Positions 1-6,880 of a stretch of 10,070 nucleotides of DNA are shown one piece after another. The stretch covers positions 1-10,070 of the forward strand of contig JARYMD010000143.1 of NCBI GenBank assembly GCA_029907285.1, read 5' to 3'. This stretch comes from Verrucomicrobiota bacterium (GTDB lineage Bacteria > Verrucomicrobiota > Verrucomicrobiia > Limisphaerales > J093). A model generated the notes under the pieces. It searched no databases, was not told the origin of the DNA, and worked only from the letters and a program-made list of their open reading frames with translations. The number at the start of each line of letters is the position of its first letter. Within the stretch, counting starts at the first letter, position 1. Made by a program: the position numbers and the translations under genes.

Positions 1-109
1 ATAGCTCATTGTCAACAGAAAAGTGTCATCCACACACATTTTTTTCATCCTTTAACAAGACCAGGCGAGGATCAGGGGAGCCGGTGGCGGTTTGTAGTTC
101 CGCCTTTAG

Positions 110-230
110 CCCGCATATTTCGCAGCCAGGCGTGGCCGACAGCGCTGATCAAGGTGCGCAGGCACCGGGTCAGTGCCCGCCAAGCAACTTTGGTTCTGGC
201 CGCGCCGGGCTGCGAAAGACGCAGACTAGA
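110..230. repeat. Repeat element copy A: a complete unit with 27-bp imperfect inverted-repeat arms (110-137 and 198-224) around a ~60-bp core
   Basis: Arm 1 (cccgcatatttcgcagccaggcgtggcc) is complementary to arm 2 (ggccgcgccgggctgcgaaagacgcag) at 22 of 27 positions. Core plus arm 2 (141-230) aligns at ~80% identity with 6783-6872. The element abuts the TAG stop (226-228) of the beta-CASP gene. Confidence 0.7.
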
Positions 231-1620
231 ACTCGATGGTTTGTTGGTACTCGGGGATGAGGACGGTGGCGTTGGGTTTGATCGTCTTGAGGATTGAAGC
301 GAATGCCTGGCTTTGATCGGGGTCGCCATGGACAACGGCGATCTTTGAGATATCGCCGGTGATGGCTTCGACGTACCGTTTGAGCTCGGATTGATCGGCG
401 TGGCCCGAGTAGGCGTCCAGTGAAGCCACCTTTGCACGAACCGCATGCTGTTCATCCAAGATGTTGACCGGGCTGCGGCCGGAGAGGATTTGGGCGCCGA
501 GGGTGTGTTCGGCGCAAAAGCCGATGAAGAGAACCAGGTTCTTTGGATCGCCGATGTGATTTTTGAGGTGATGAAGAATTCGGCCTGCTTCACACATGCC
601 GGATGCGCTGATGATAATGGCGGGTTCGTTGAGGTCATTGAGTTTCATCGAATGCGCAACCTCGCGGATGTAAGTGAGGTTTTCCATGCCGAACGGATTG
701 GCCTTTTCACGGAGGTATCGGTAGATGTCGTCGTTGAAGCATTCGGGGTGCAATCGGTAGATTTCGGTGGCATTAACGCTCAGAGGGCTATCGACGAAGA
801 TTGGGACTTTCGGCAACTGGCCGGCATCGGTGAGCTGATGGAGTTCATAGACTATCTGCTGAGTGCGCCCGACCGAGAAAGCGGGAATAATGACAAGACC
901 GTTCCTGTCGATTGTTTCACGCACGAGTCGGCCGACCTCCTCTCGTGCGCTGGCGCGGGCCGTGTGCAAACGGCCGCCGTATGTGCTTTCGATTTGGAGG
1001 AAATCGACGTCATGAACAGCAACCGGGTCGCGCAGAATCTCGTCGTTCCCGCGCCCGACATCGCCGCTGAACAGGTACCGGAACCTGCGATTGCCTTCCT
1101 TGATGTCGAAGACGACCTGCGCGGAGCCGAGGATATGTCCTGCGTCATGGAACGTGGCCGTCACCCCATCTACGACGGGAAATCGCCGGTCGTAGTTCAG
1201 GGCGACGAACTGCTGGAGTGCTTTGTCGGCATCCTGGAGTGAGTAAAGAGGTTCGACCGGCGGGAGCCCCTTTTTAGCGCGTTTTTTGGAAACGAATTGC
1301 GCGTCGGCGGCCTGGATATGCGCGGAATCTTCGAGCAGGATGCTGGCCAGATCGCGGGACGCGAATGTGCAGTATATGTTGCCGTCGAAACCCTGTTTGC
1401 AGAGGTTGGGCAGATTGCCGCAGTGGTCTATGTGCGCATGGCTTATGACCACGGCTTCAATTTCGCCGGGATTAAAAGGGAAATTGCGGTTTCGTTCGAT
1501 TGATTCCCCCCGGCGGCCCTGGAAAAGGCCACATTCAAGCAGGAATTTCGATCCGTTGACCTCGAAGAGACACAATGACCCTGTCGTTGTGCCCGTAGCA
1601 CCGAAGAAATGTACTCGCAT
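226..1620 (-). CDS. beta-CASP family metallo-beta-lactamase-fold ribonuclease, with a C-terminal RNA-specificity domain
   Basis: Translation of the 226..1725 minus ORF shows the MBL motif HAHIDHCG (HxHxDH) and a downstream His (TFHDAGHILGS). It also shows the beta-CASP motifs IESTYGG (motif A) and DAYSGHAD (motif B). The N-terminus MRVHFFGATGTTTGSLCLFEVNGSKFLLECG matches the canonical beta-CASP start. I therefore placed the start at the ATG at 1618-1620 rather than at the track's upstream start codon (not verified). The stop is TAG at 226-228. Confidence 0.88.
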   Translation of the reverse strand: MRVHFFGATGTTTGSLCLFEVNGSKFLLECGLFQGRRGESIERNRNFPFNPGEIEAVVISHAHIDHCGNLPNLCKQGFDGNIYCTFASRDLASILLEDSAHIQAADAQFVSKKRAKKGLPPVEPLYSLQDADKALQQFVALNYDRRFPVVDGVTATFHDAGHILGSAQVVFDIKEGNRRFRYLFSGDVGRGNDEILRDPVAVHDVDFLQIESTYGGRLHTARASAREEVGRLVRETIDRNGLVIIPAFSVGRTQQIVYELHQLTDAGQLPKVPIFVDSPLSVNATEIYRLHPECFNDDIYRYLREKANPFGMENLTYIREVAHSMKLNDLNEPAIIISASGMCEAGRILHHLKNHIGDPKNLVLFIGFCAEHTLGAQILSGRSPVNILDEQHAVRAKVASLDAYSGHADQSELKRYVEAITGDISKIAVVHGDPDQSQAFASILKTIKPNATVLIPEYQQTIEF

Positions 1621-1661
1621 TTTGTGAGAAAGGATGGGGAATGACCCGAAACGAGCAAGGC

Positions 1662-1694
1662 AGAAAATCATATCTTTGGCGTGATTTTCCAAAG
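1662..1694. promoter_or_regulatory. Nested inverted repeat (candidate operator) in the divergent promoter region between the beta-CASP and DUF1015 genes
   Basis: agaaaatca (1662-1670), an 11-nt spacer (tatctttggcg), then tgattttcc (1682-1690), which is the reverse complement of ggaaaatca (8 of 9 match). In addition, ctttgg inside the spacer is complementary to ccaaag at 1689-1694. The site lies ~45 bp upstream of the beta-CASP start (1620, -) and ~35 bp upstream of the DUF1015 start (1724, +). Confidence 0.4.
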
Positions 1695-1723
1695 CGCGTG
1701 CCGTAGTGTTCTTGGCGAAACCC

Positions 1724-2962
1724 ATGGCTGATGTGCGACCATTTGCTGCTGTTCGCGCCAGGCCGGAGCTGGCCGGCCGAATCTGTTGCCCGCCTTACGA
1801 CGTGCTTTCGATTCAGGAAGCTCGCGTGCTGGCTGAGGCGAACCCGGATAGCTTTGTGAGGGTAACACGGGCGGAGGTTGATTTTGCGGGCGAACCGGAC
1901 CCTCACTGCGCCAAGGTGTACGAGCGGGCACGCAGCAACTTTTTGCTGATGATCGGCAACGGACTGCTGATTCAGGATTCACGGCCGTGGTATTATGTTT
2001 ACCGCCTCACAATGGGTGAACGGTCGCAGACCGGATTGGCCGCGCTGGTGAGTTGCAGTGATTACCAAAACGGCATTGTCCGCGCACATGAACTGACCAG
2101 AACGGAGAAAGAGGACGACCGGGCGCGTCACATCGAGGTGGTGGGCGCGCAGACAGGGCCGGCATTTCTTGTGTACAGGGCGATGCCGGAGCTGGACGGG
2201 GTGTTGGCGGAGGTGGCTTCGTTGGCCGCAGAGACGAGCTTTGTTGACGACAGCGGTGTGCGGCACGAAGTGTGGGTGATTGGGGATGAAACTGTGGCCG
2301 GCCGCGTCCGGGAGATAACGGGGCGATTGCAGCGGCTTTACATCGCAGACGGACATCATCGGACGGCTGCGGCATTGCGAGTGTCAGAACTAATGAAAGG
2401 TGCCGGGGGCAGCGGTGGTTTTCTGGCTGTTTTGTTTCCGCATAATCAGTTGGAAATCATGCCGTACAACCGGGTTTTGAGGGACTTGAACGGGCAAACG
2501 CCAGCGCGCGTCGTCGCGCGTCTGGCGGAAGTGATGGAACTGATCGACCGGCCACAAGGCACACAACCGAGGCTGCATGAGGTGGATTTGTACTTGAGCG
2601 GAGGGTGGCATCGGTTTCGGTTCCGGACTTTGCCCGATGGCGGCACGGACCCTTTGAAGAACTTGGACGTGGTATTGTTGCAGGAGCAGGTGTTGGATCC
2701 CGTGTTTGGCATTGGCGATCCACGCCGGGACGATCGGATCGGGTTCGTTGGCGGGATTCGCGGGGTTGACGAGCTTGTTCGACTTGTAAACAGCGGCGAG
2801 TACGTGTGCGCGTTTGCGATGCACCCGACCCGGATCGATGACATGATGGCGATTGCGGACAGCGGGCGATTGCTTCCCCCCAAGAGCACGTGGTTTGAAC
2901 CGAAACTCCGGGACGGGCTGTTCACTCACAGGTTCAATTTGCCGGATGCTTCGCCTCTATGA
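1724..2962 (+). CDS. DUF1015 family protein (conserved, unknown function)
   Basis: Continuous 418-codon frame. The N-terminus MADVRPFAAVRARPE...CPPYDVLS.QEAR and the internal YIADGHHRTAA motif fit my recollection of DUF1015 proteins (~410 aa). The track start at 1706 is GTG. The in-frame ATG at 1724 gives the canonical MA..RPF N-terminus. Confidence 0.72.
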   Translation: MADVRPFAAVRARPELAGRICCPPYDVLSIQEARVLAEANPDSFVRVTRAEVDFAGEPDPHCAKVYERARSNFLLMIGNGLLIQDSRPWYYVYRLTMGERSQTGLAALVSCSDYQNGIVRAHELTRTEKEDDRARHIEVVGAQTGPAFLVYRAMPELDGVLAEVASLAAETSFVDDSGVRHEVWVIGDETVAGRVREITGRLQRLYIADGHHRTAAALRVSELMKGAGGSGGFLAVLFPHNQLEIMPYNRVLRDLNGQTPARVVARLAEVMELIDRPQGTQPRLHEVDLYLSGGWHRFRFRTLPDGGTDPLKNLDVVLLQEQVLDPVFGIGDPRRDDRIGFVGGIRGVDELVRLVNSGEYVCAFAMHPTRIDDMMAIADSGRLLPPKSTWFEPKLRDGLFTHRFNLPDASPL

Positions 2963-3041
2963 GGCGTTCAAGAAGCAGACCGACAACAGCTGGGCCGGCC
3001 ATTCGGACAAAGGGGTTCCTGGCCATGAAGCGGCAGTGGAA

Positions 3042-3085
3042 TCGTTCTCGTTGCGAACGAGGTGGATTTGGCGCTTGTGTTTGGT
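3042..3085 (+). terminator. Weak terminator-like hairpin downstream of the DUF1015 gene
   Basis: tcgttctcgttgcgaacga forms a 6-bp stem in either of two registers (ctcgtt/aacgag with a gcg loop, or tcgttc/gaacga). It is followed by the T-containing stretch ggtggatttggcgcttgtgtttgg. It lies in the 197-bp gap between DUF1015 and nfeD. The stem is short and the U-tract imperfect. Confidence 0.25.
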
Positions 3086-3159
3086 AAGAGCCGAGTGTTG
3101 AATGTCTTTCGCACAGCAGAGCGGTTTGAAGGGAAACCTGTGCAAGCTGAGCGGCAGTT

Positions 3160-3723
3160 ATGATTGTCTATGCCATTTGCCTCGTTCTGGGGCTCCTGTT
3201 CACGATCGTGAGCGCACTGCTGGGCCACATCTTCGGGGGTCACGATGCTGACAGTGACATTGGCACCGGCGGTCATGCCGAGGCCGGGTTTGATCACTCG
3301 GGGATTCCGGGTCTGTCTTTCTTCAGTCCGACCGTGTTGGCGGCGTTTGTGACGGCGTTTGGCGGGCTTGGGATTATTTTCAGCCAGATTGATGTGACCA
3401 AGAGCGTGTGGGTGAGCGCGCCGTTGTCGATCGCTGGCGCCGTGGGTGTGGCTTATGCTGTCCTTGCGTTGTTCAATGCGGTTTTTCGACGCACGCAGAG
3501 TTCGAGTGAATCGCGCGTGGCGACATTGATTGGCCACGAGGCTTCAGTGATAACAACGATTCCGGCAGACGGGGTTGGGGAGATTGCGTATGTGCAATCT
3601 GGGACACGCTACAGCGCGCCTGCAAGATCAGAAGACGGGGGCACGATTCCGGCCGGTCGCACGGTCAAGATAACGCGCATTGTTGGGTCTCAGTTTTACG
3701 TCACCGCAGAGAAGCAATCCTGA
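3160..3723 (+). CDS. Short NfeD-like (YuaF-type) membrane protein with a C-terminal OB-fold; flotillin partner
   Basis: 187 aa. The N-terminal half is hydrophobic with several TM segments (MIVYAICLVLGLLFTIVSALLG..., AAFVTAFGGLGIIF, APLSIAGAVGVAYAVLALF). The C-terminal soluble domain (ATLIGHEASVITTIPADGVGEIAYVQSGTRYSAPARSEDGGTIPAGRTVKITRIVGSQFYV) resembles the NfeD/YuaF OB-fold. It sits immediately upstream of a flotillin gene, as in the Bacillus yuaF-floT arrangement. Confidence 0.82.
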   Translation: MIVYAICLVLGLLFTIVSALLGHIFGGHDADSDIGTGGHAEAGFDHSGIPGLSFFSPTVLAAFVTAFGGLGIIFSQIDVTKSVWVSAPLSIAGAVGVAYAVLALFNAVFRRTQSSSESRVATLIGHEASVITTIPADGVGEIAYVQSGTRYSAPARSEDGGTIPAGRTVKITRIVGSQFYVTAEKQS

Positions 3724-3739
3724 ACTTGTGTTTTTGGCC

Positions 3740-5284
3740 ATGAATTCACTGACGTTTTTTGCCGCGGGACAGATACCGTGGATGACTGTGATTGGCGTTG
3801 TTGCCATTTTTCTGTTTGTGGTGTTTCTGTTTGCGGGCATTTGGGCAAGCCGATACACCAAGGTTGGCCCAAACCAGGTGCTGATTATTTCGGGCCGCAA
3901 ACGCACCATTACGGACCCTGACGGCACGCAGCGGCATGTCGGTTACAGGATTGTGAAGGGCGGCGGTGTGTTCGTGTGGCCTGTGTTCGAGAAGGTTGAC
4001 ATCCTGTCGCTCGAGCTTCTCACCATCGACGTCAAAACGCCGGAAGTTTACACGGTTAAAGGTGTGCCGGTGATCGTGGATGGCGTGGCGCAAATCAAGG
4101 TCAAGGGAGACGACATCGCGATTGCGACGGCAGCCGAACAGTTCCTTGGAAAGACATGCCAGGAAATCCAGCAGATCGCCACGCAAACTCTCGAGGGGCA
4201 CTTGCGCGCCATCCTTGGGACAATGACGGTGGAGGACATTTACCAGAACCGCGATGCGTTTGCCGCCAAGGTCCAGGAAGTGGCGGCCGGCGACATGGCG
4301 AACATGGGGCTTGGCATTGTCAGTTTCACCATTCGTGACATCCGTGACAACCAGGGATACCTCGAAGCTCTGGGCAAACCGCGAATCGCACAGGTAAAAC
4401 GCGACGCGCAGATCGCTCAAGCGGAGGCCGACCGCGACGCGATGATCAAGAGTGCTCAGGCAATGCAGGCCGGCCAAGAGGCGAAGTTCGCTGCGGATAC
4501 GAAGATTGCCGAGGCGCAGCGCGATTACCAGATGAACGTTGCCCAATATCAGGCGTCGGTTAACCAAAAGAAAGCCGAGGCTGACCTCGCCTACGACCTC
4601 CAAAAATACAAGACCGGCCAGCTCGTCAAAGCTGAGGAAGTCCAGGTCAGCATCGTCGAGAAACAAAAACAGATCGAACTGCAACAGCAGGAAATCCTCC
4701 GCAAACAGCGCGAACTGGAAGCAAACGTTCAAAAACCGGCCGACGCCGAGCGTTACAGGGTGGAAACCCTCGCCAACGCCAAGAAATATCAGCTCGAGAC
4801 CGAGGCGGCGGGCGCCGCATCAGCCACCAAAGCAACCGGTTTTGCGAATGCAGAGGTCACCAAGGCGGTTGGGTTGGCCGAGGCCGAGGCAAGCAAGGCA
4901 CGCGGGCTTGCCGAAGCCGCAATAATCGAGGCGCAGGGCCGCGCTCAGGCGGAAGCAATGCGGCTCAAAGCCGAGTCATTCAAGCAATACAATGAAGCGG
5001 CGGTCATTGAGATGATTGTCCGCGCGCTGCCGGACATTGCTGCGCGAATAAGCGAGCCGCTGGCGAAGACCGAGAAGATCGTCATTGTGAACGCAGGCGC
5101 AGGGCCGGGTGGCGGCGCAAGCAAGCTGACCGGCGACATTGCGCAGATCATGGCCCAGTTACCGCCGGTCATCGAGGGTTTGACCGGAGTGAAGTTCGAG
5201 AAGTTGCTTGAACAGGTTCCGGCGCTGCAAAAATCAATGGAAAAGCAGGAAACTACAAAAGAACAAAAACCCGCGGGCCAGTGA
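3740..5284 (+). CDS. floT: Flotillin (SPFH/band-7 family, FloT-like)
   Basis: Strong colinear similarity to B. subtilis FloT/YuaG. It has an N-terminal TM segment, an SPFH domain (KGGGVFVWPVFEKVDILSLELLTIDVKTPEVYTVKGVPVIVDGVAQIKV...GLGIVSFTIRDIRDNQGYLEALGKPRIAQVKRDAQIA) and a long Ala/Glu-rich coiled-coil region. The C-terminus reads EAAVIEMIVRALPDIAARISEPLAKTEKIVIV. The track start at 3680 is TTG and overlaps the NfeD gene. The first in-frame ATG, at 3740, is preferred. Confidence 0.95.
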   Translation: MNSLTFFAAGQIPWMTVIGVVAIFLFVVFLFAGIWASRYTKVGPNQVLIISGRKRTITDPDGTQRHVGYRIVKGGGVFVWPVFEKVDILSLELLTIDVKTPEVYTVKGVPVIVDGVAQIKVKGDDIAIATAAEQFLGKTCQEIQQIATQTLEGHLRAILGTMTVEDIYQNRDAFAAKVQEVAAGDMANMGLGIVSFTIRDIRDNQGYLEALGKPRIAQVKRDAQIAQAEADRDAMIKSAQAMQAGQEAKFAADTKIAEAQRDYQMNVAQYQASVNQKKAEADLAYDLQKYKTGQLVKAEEVQVSIVEKQKQIELQQQEILRKQRELEANVQKPADAERYRVETLANAKKYQLETEAAGAASATKATGFANAEVTKAVGLAEAEASKARGLAEAAIIEAQGRAQAEAMRLKAESFKQYNEAAVIEMIVRALPDIAARISEPLAKTEKIVIVNAGAGPGGGASKLTGDIAQIMAQLPPVIEGLTGVKFEKLLEQVPALQKSMEKQETTKEQKPAGQ

Positions 5285-5325
5285 CAGCGCGGCTTGCCGG
5301 CCGAGGCAACTGAATTGCCCGACAG

Positions 5326-5577
5326 ATGCAAACGATAATCGGTGTGTTCGCCATGGCTGAGATATTCTTCATTCTGAGCTTTTTGCTGATCCTGCCGGTC
5401 ACCTTGCTTTGCATGGCGTTTTGGATTTGGATGCTCGTGGATTGTGCCCTTAACGAGCCGTCAGAAGGCAACGACAAGCTCGTCTGGATCATCATCATCC
5501 TGTTTGCAAACTTCATCGGCGCTCTCATCTATTTCCTTGCCCGGCGCCCGCAGCGAAAAGCCAAGTATGGCAAGTAA
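5326..5577 (+). CDS. Small membrane protein with a PLDc_N (phospholipase D/cardiolipin synthase N-terminal-like) domain
   Basis: 83 aa with two predicted TM helices. The motif WIWMLVDCALNEPSEGNDKLVWIIIILFANFIGALIYFLARRP matches the PLDc_N pattern (W..W...D......K..W.....P.G...Y...GR). ATG start at 5326, 41 bp after the floT stop. An alternative start is the second Met (MAEIFF) at 5353. Confidence 0.65.
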   Translation: MQTIIGVFAMAEIFFILSFLLILPVTLLCMAFWIWMLVDCALNEPSEGNDKLVWIIIILFANFIGALIYFLARRPQRKAKYGK

Positions 5578-5592
5578 AAGTGCAACATCGTC

Positions 5593-6672
5593 ATGAGACT
5601 TTTCGAAGCGCTTCTGGATCTCAATGAACACTGGCTGCGCGGCGACAAAGACGCCAAATTCGAGCGTGCCGAGCACGCCGACAGTTTGCCGATTGCAGCG
5701 CTGACGTGTGTTGACGAGCGTTTGAATTCATTGCTGCCGGGCGCTCTTGGATTGGAACCTTCGGACCTCATTTTGTTGCGCACGCCGGGCAATATCGTCG
5801 GCAGCCCGCTGGGCGAGACTGCGCGCGCCATCGCTCTTGCATGTGCGTGCAAGGGCGGACACGAAATTGCAGTCATCGGCCACACAGATTGCGCCGTTGC
5901 AAGAACGACGGTCTTGAAATTGACAGATGCACTTGCTTCGGCCGGGCTGGCACGAGACCGGTTGCCGGATGATTTGACAGAGTTTTTCGGGTTGTTTGCC
6001 AGTGAGCGCCAGAATGTCCTGAAGGCAGTCGAAGTCTTGCGCCAGAGCGCCGTCATCGGGCCAAAAATGCCGGTGCACGGGCTGCTCATAGATGTTCGGA
6101 CTGGAAGAGTCGAATGGCTGGTGAACGGATATCAGGCCGAGACAGCCGGTGTCGGGCCAGGCACCTCTGAACTCAAGGTTCAGGCTGCAATAGGGGACAG
6201 GAAACTCGTCGAAGCAAGAGTCCAGATTCCGTCGTTGTCCCTTGGGGAGATAAAGTTCCCCGAGTTGAAGATTGGTGAGGTGACTGTGGCTGCCTCGATG
6301 CAGCAAAGCTCGTCCCACGCACAGCCGCAAGCGAAGCCGGCTGCCTCCGGCAGGGACTCGGAGCGTCAAACTGAACCACACCACATGGAGTGGCTGGACA
6401 TTCTTCGGGAGATCGCGTCGCAGGCCGTACGCGTGCATATTATTGGGAACGACAAGAAACCTTACGGTCCAGTTCCGATTGCCAAGCTGTTGGAATGGGT
6501 TGTTGAGAAGAGGGTTGGCGCCGACACCCCGGCGCAGATCGAGGGCACAACTGCGTGGCAACCACTGTCGCTCTTGGTCCACACCATCAAACAAGCCCAA
6601 CTGCGCAGTCCCCCGCCAATCCCGAGCACAAAAGCAGGCTTCCGGTTTTTCCGCTCCGGAAAGAAGCGTTGA
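5593..6672 (+). CDS. Cab-type beta-class carbonic anhydrase with a long C-terminal extension ending in a GYF-like/DUF4339-like domain
   Basis: N-terminal ~180 aa carry the beta-CA zinc ligands: C-x-D-x-R (LTCVDERL) and H-x-x-C (IGHTDCA). RTPGNIV and VHGLLIDVRTGRVEWL parallel the Methanobacterium Cab sequence. A low-complexity Ala/Gln/Ser/Pro linker follows. The last ~70 aa (VRVHIIGNDKKPYGPVPIAKLLEWVVEKRVGADTPAQIEGTTAWQPLSLLV) fit the DUF4339/GYF-like pattern (..G.PV....L......G....T.VW..G...W.P...L). ATG at 5593, 15 bp after the preceding stop. Confidence 0.8.
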   Translation: MRLFEALLDLNEHWLRGDKDAKFERAEHADSLPIAALTCVDERLNSLLPGALGLEPSDLILLRTPGNIVGSPLGETARAIALACACKGGHEIAVIGHTDCAVARTTVLKLTDALASAGLARDRLPDDLTEFFGLFASERQNVLKAVEVLRQSAVIGPKMPVHGLLIDVRTGRVEWLVNGYQAETAGVGPGTSELKVQAAIGDRKLVEARVQIPSLSLGEIKFPELKIGEVTVAASMQQSSSHAQPQAKPAASGRDSERQTEPHHMEWLDILREIASQAVRVHIIGNDKKPYGPVPIAKLLEWVVEKRVGADTPAQIEGTTAWQPLSLLVHTIKQAQLRSPPPIPSTKAGFRFFRSGKKR

Positions 6673-6681
6673 GCATTGCAC

Positions 6682-6762
6682 GTTTAACGTTCTACGTTGA
6701 GCGTTCCCAGACAGACGACCGGCGGGTCAATCGATAGGAACGCTCAACGTCCAACGTTCAAC
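6682..6762. terminator. Long imperfect hairpin (26-bp arms, 29-nt loop) just after the carbonic anhydrase stop, in a convergent intergenic region
   Basis: Left arm gtttaacgttctacgttgagcgttcc (6682-6707). Right arm ggaacgctcaacgtccaacgttcaac (6737-6762). The arms are complementary at 23 of 26 positions, including a perfect 14-bp core (acgttgagcgttcc / ggaacgctcaacgt). No U-tract follows, so a classical intrinsic terminator is not supported. It may be a bidirectional terminator, an RNA-stability element or a REP-like element. Confidence 0.4.
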
Positions 6763-6772
6763 GGCACAGCGT

Positions 6773-6786
6773 TCAGCGCTGCAGCG
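6773..6786. repeat. Perfect 14-bp palindrome agcgctgcagcgct
   Basis: The sequence reads identically as its own reverse complement. It lies between the long hairpin and repeat copy B. Copy A has a single agcgct at the equivalent position. Confidence 0.6.
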
Positions 6787-6872
6787 CTCATCAACGGTCG
6801 CAGGTGCCGGGTCACTGCCAGTCAGGCAAATTTGGTTCCGGCTACGCCCGGCTGCGAAATATGCGGGTTAGA
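6783..6872. repeat. Repeat element copy B: a partial unit (core plus 3' arm) of the same family as 110-230
   Basis: agcgctcatcaacggtcgcaggtgccgggtcactgccagtcaggcaaatttggttccggctacgcccggctgcgaaatatgcgggttaga aligns base-for-base with 141-230 (same orientation, ~80% identity). The reverse complement of its arm (6840-6867) matches the 5' arm of copy A at 26 of 28 positions. No 5' arm is present in copy B. Confidence 0.7.
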
Positions 6873-6880
6873 GGGCCCGC

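Noticed and set aside
110-230. Possibility that the repeated element is a tRNA, or a pair of att sites of an integrated island
   Set aside because: It has no cloverleaf, no T-loop GTTCRA motif and no CCA-compatible acceptor. The two copies are only ~80% identical and one is truncated, which is unlike freshly duplicated att cores. No integrase or recombinase gene is present between them.
9-260. 83-aa plus-strand ORF at the left edge
   Set aside because: It spans repeat copy A and overlaps the 3' end of the beta-CASP gene. It is Arg/Gly/Ser-rich and is more plausibly non-coding repeat sequence.
3099-3159. Candidate sigma-70 promoter for nfeD (TTGAAT at ~3099)
   Set aside because: No convincing -10 hexamer lies at 16-19 bp spacing. 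Without knowledge of the lineage's promoter consensus, the call would be guesswork.
2968-3537. 189-aa minus-strand ORF overlapping nfeD and the upstream intergenic region
   Set aside because: It is antisense to the well-supported NfeD-like gene. Composition is Arg/His-rich and no family is recognised.
3746-4732. 328-aa minus-strand ORF inside floT
   Set aside because: It is antisense to the flotillin coiled-coil region. The repetitive Leu/Phe/Asp translation is a mirror artefact of the Ala/Glu/Lys-rich sense frame.
5728-6681. 317-aa minus-strand ORF overlapping the carbonic anhydrase gene
   Set aside because: It is antisense to a frame with clear beta-CA catalytic motifs. Its translation is Arg/Leu/Cys-rich, low complexity, typical of a GC-rich antisense frame.
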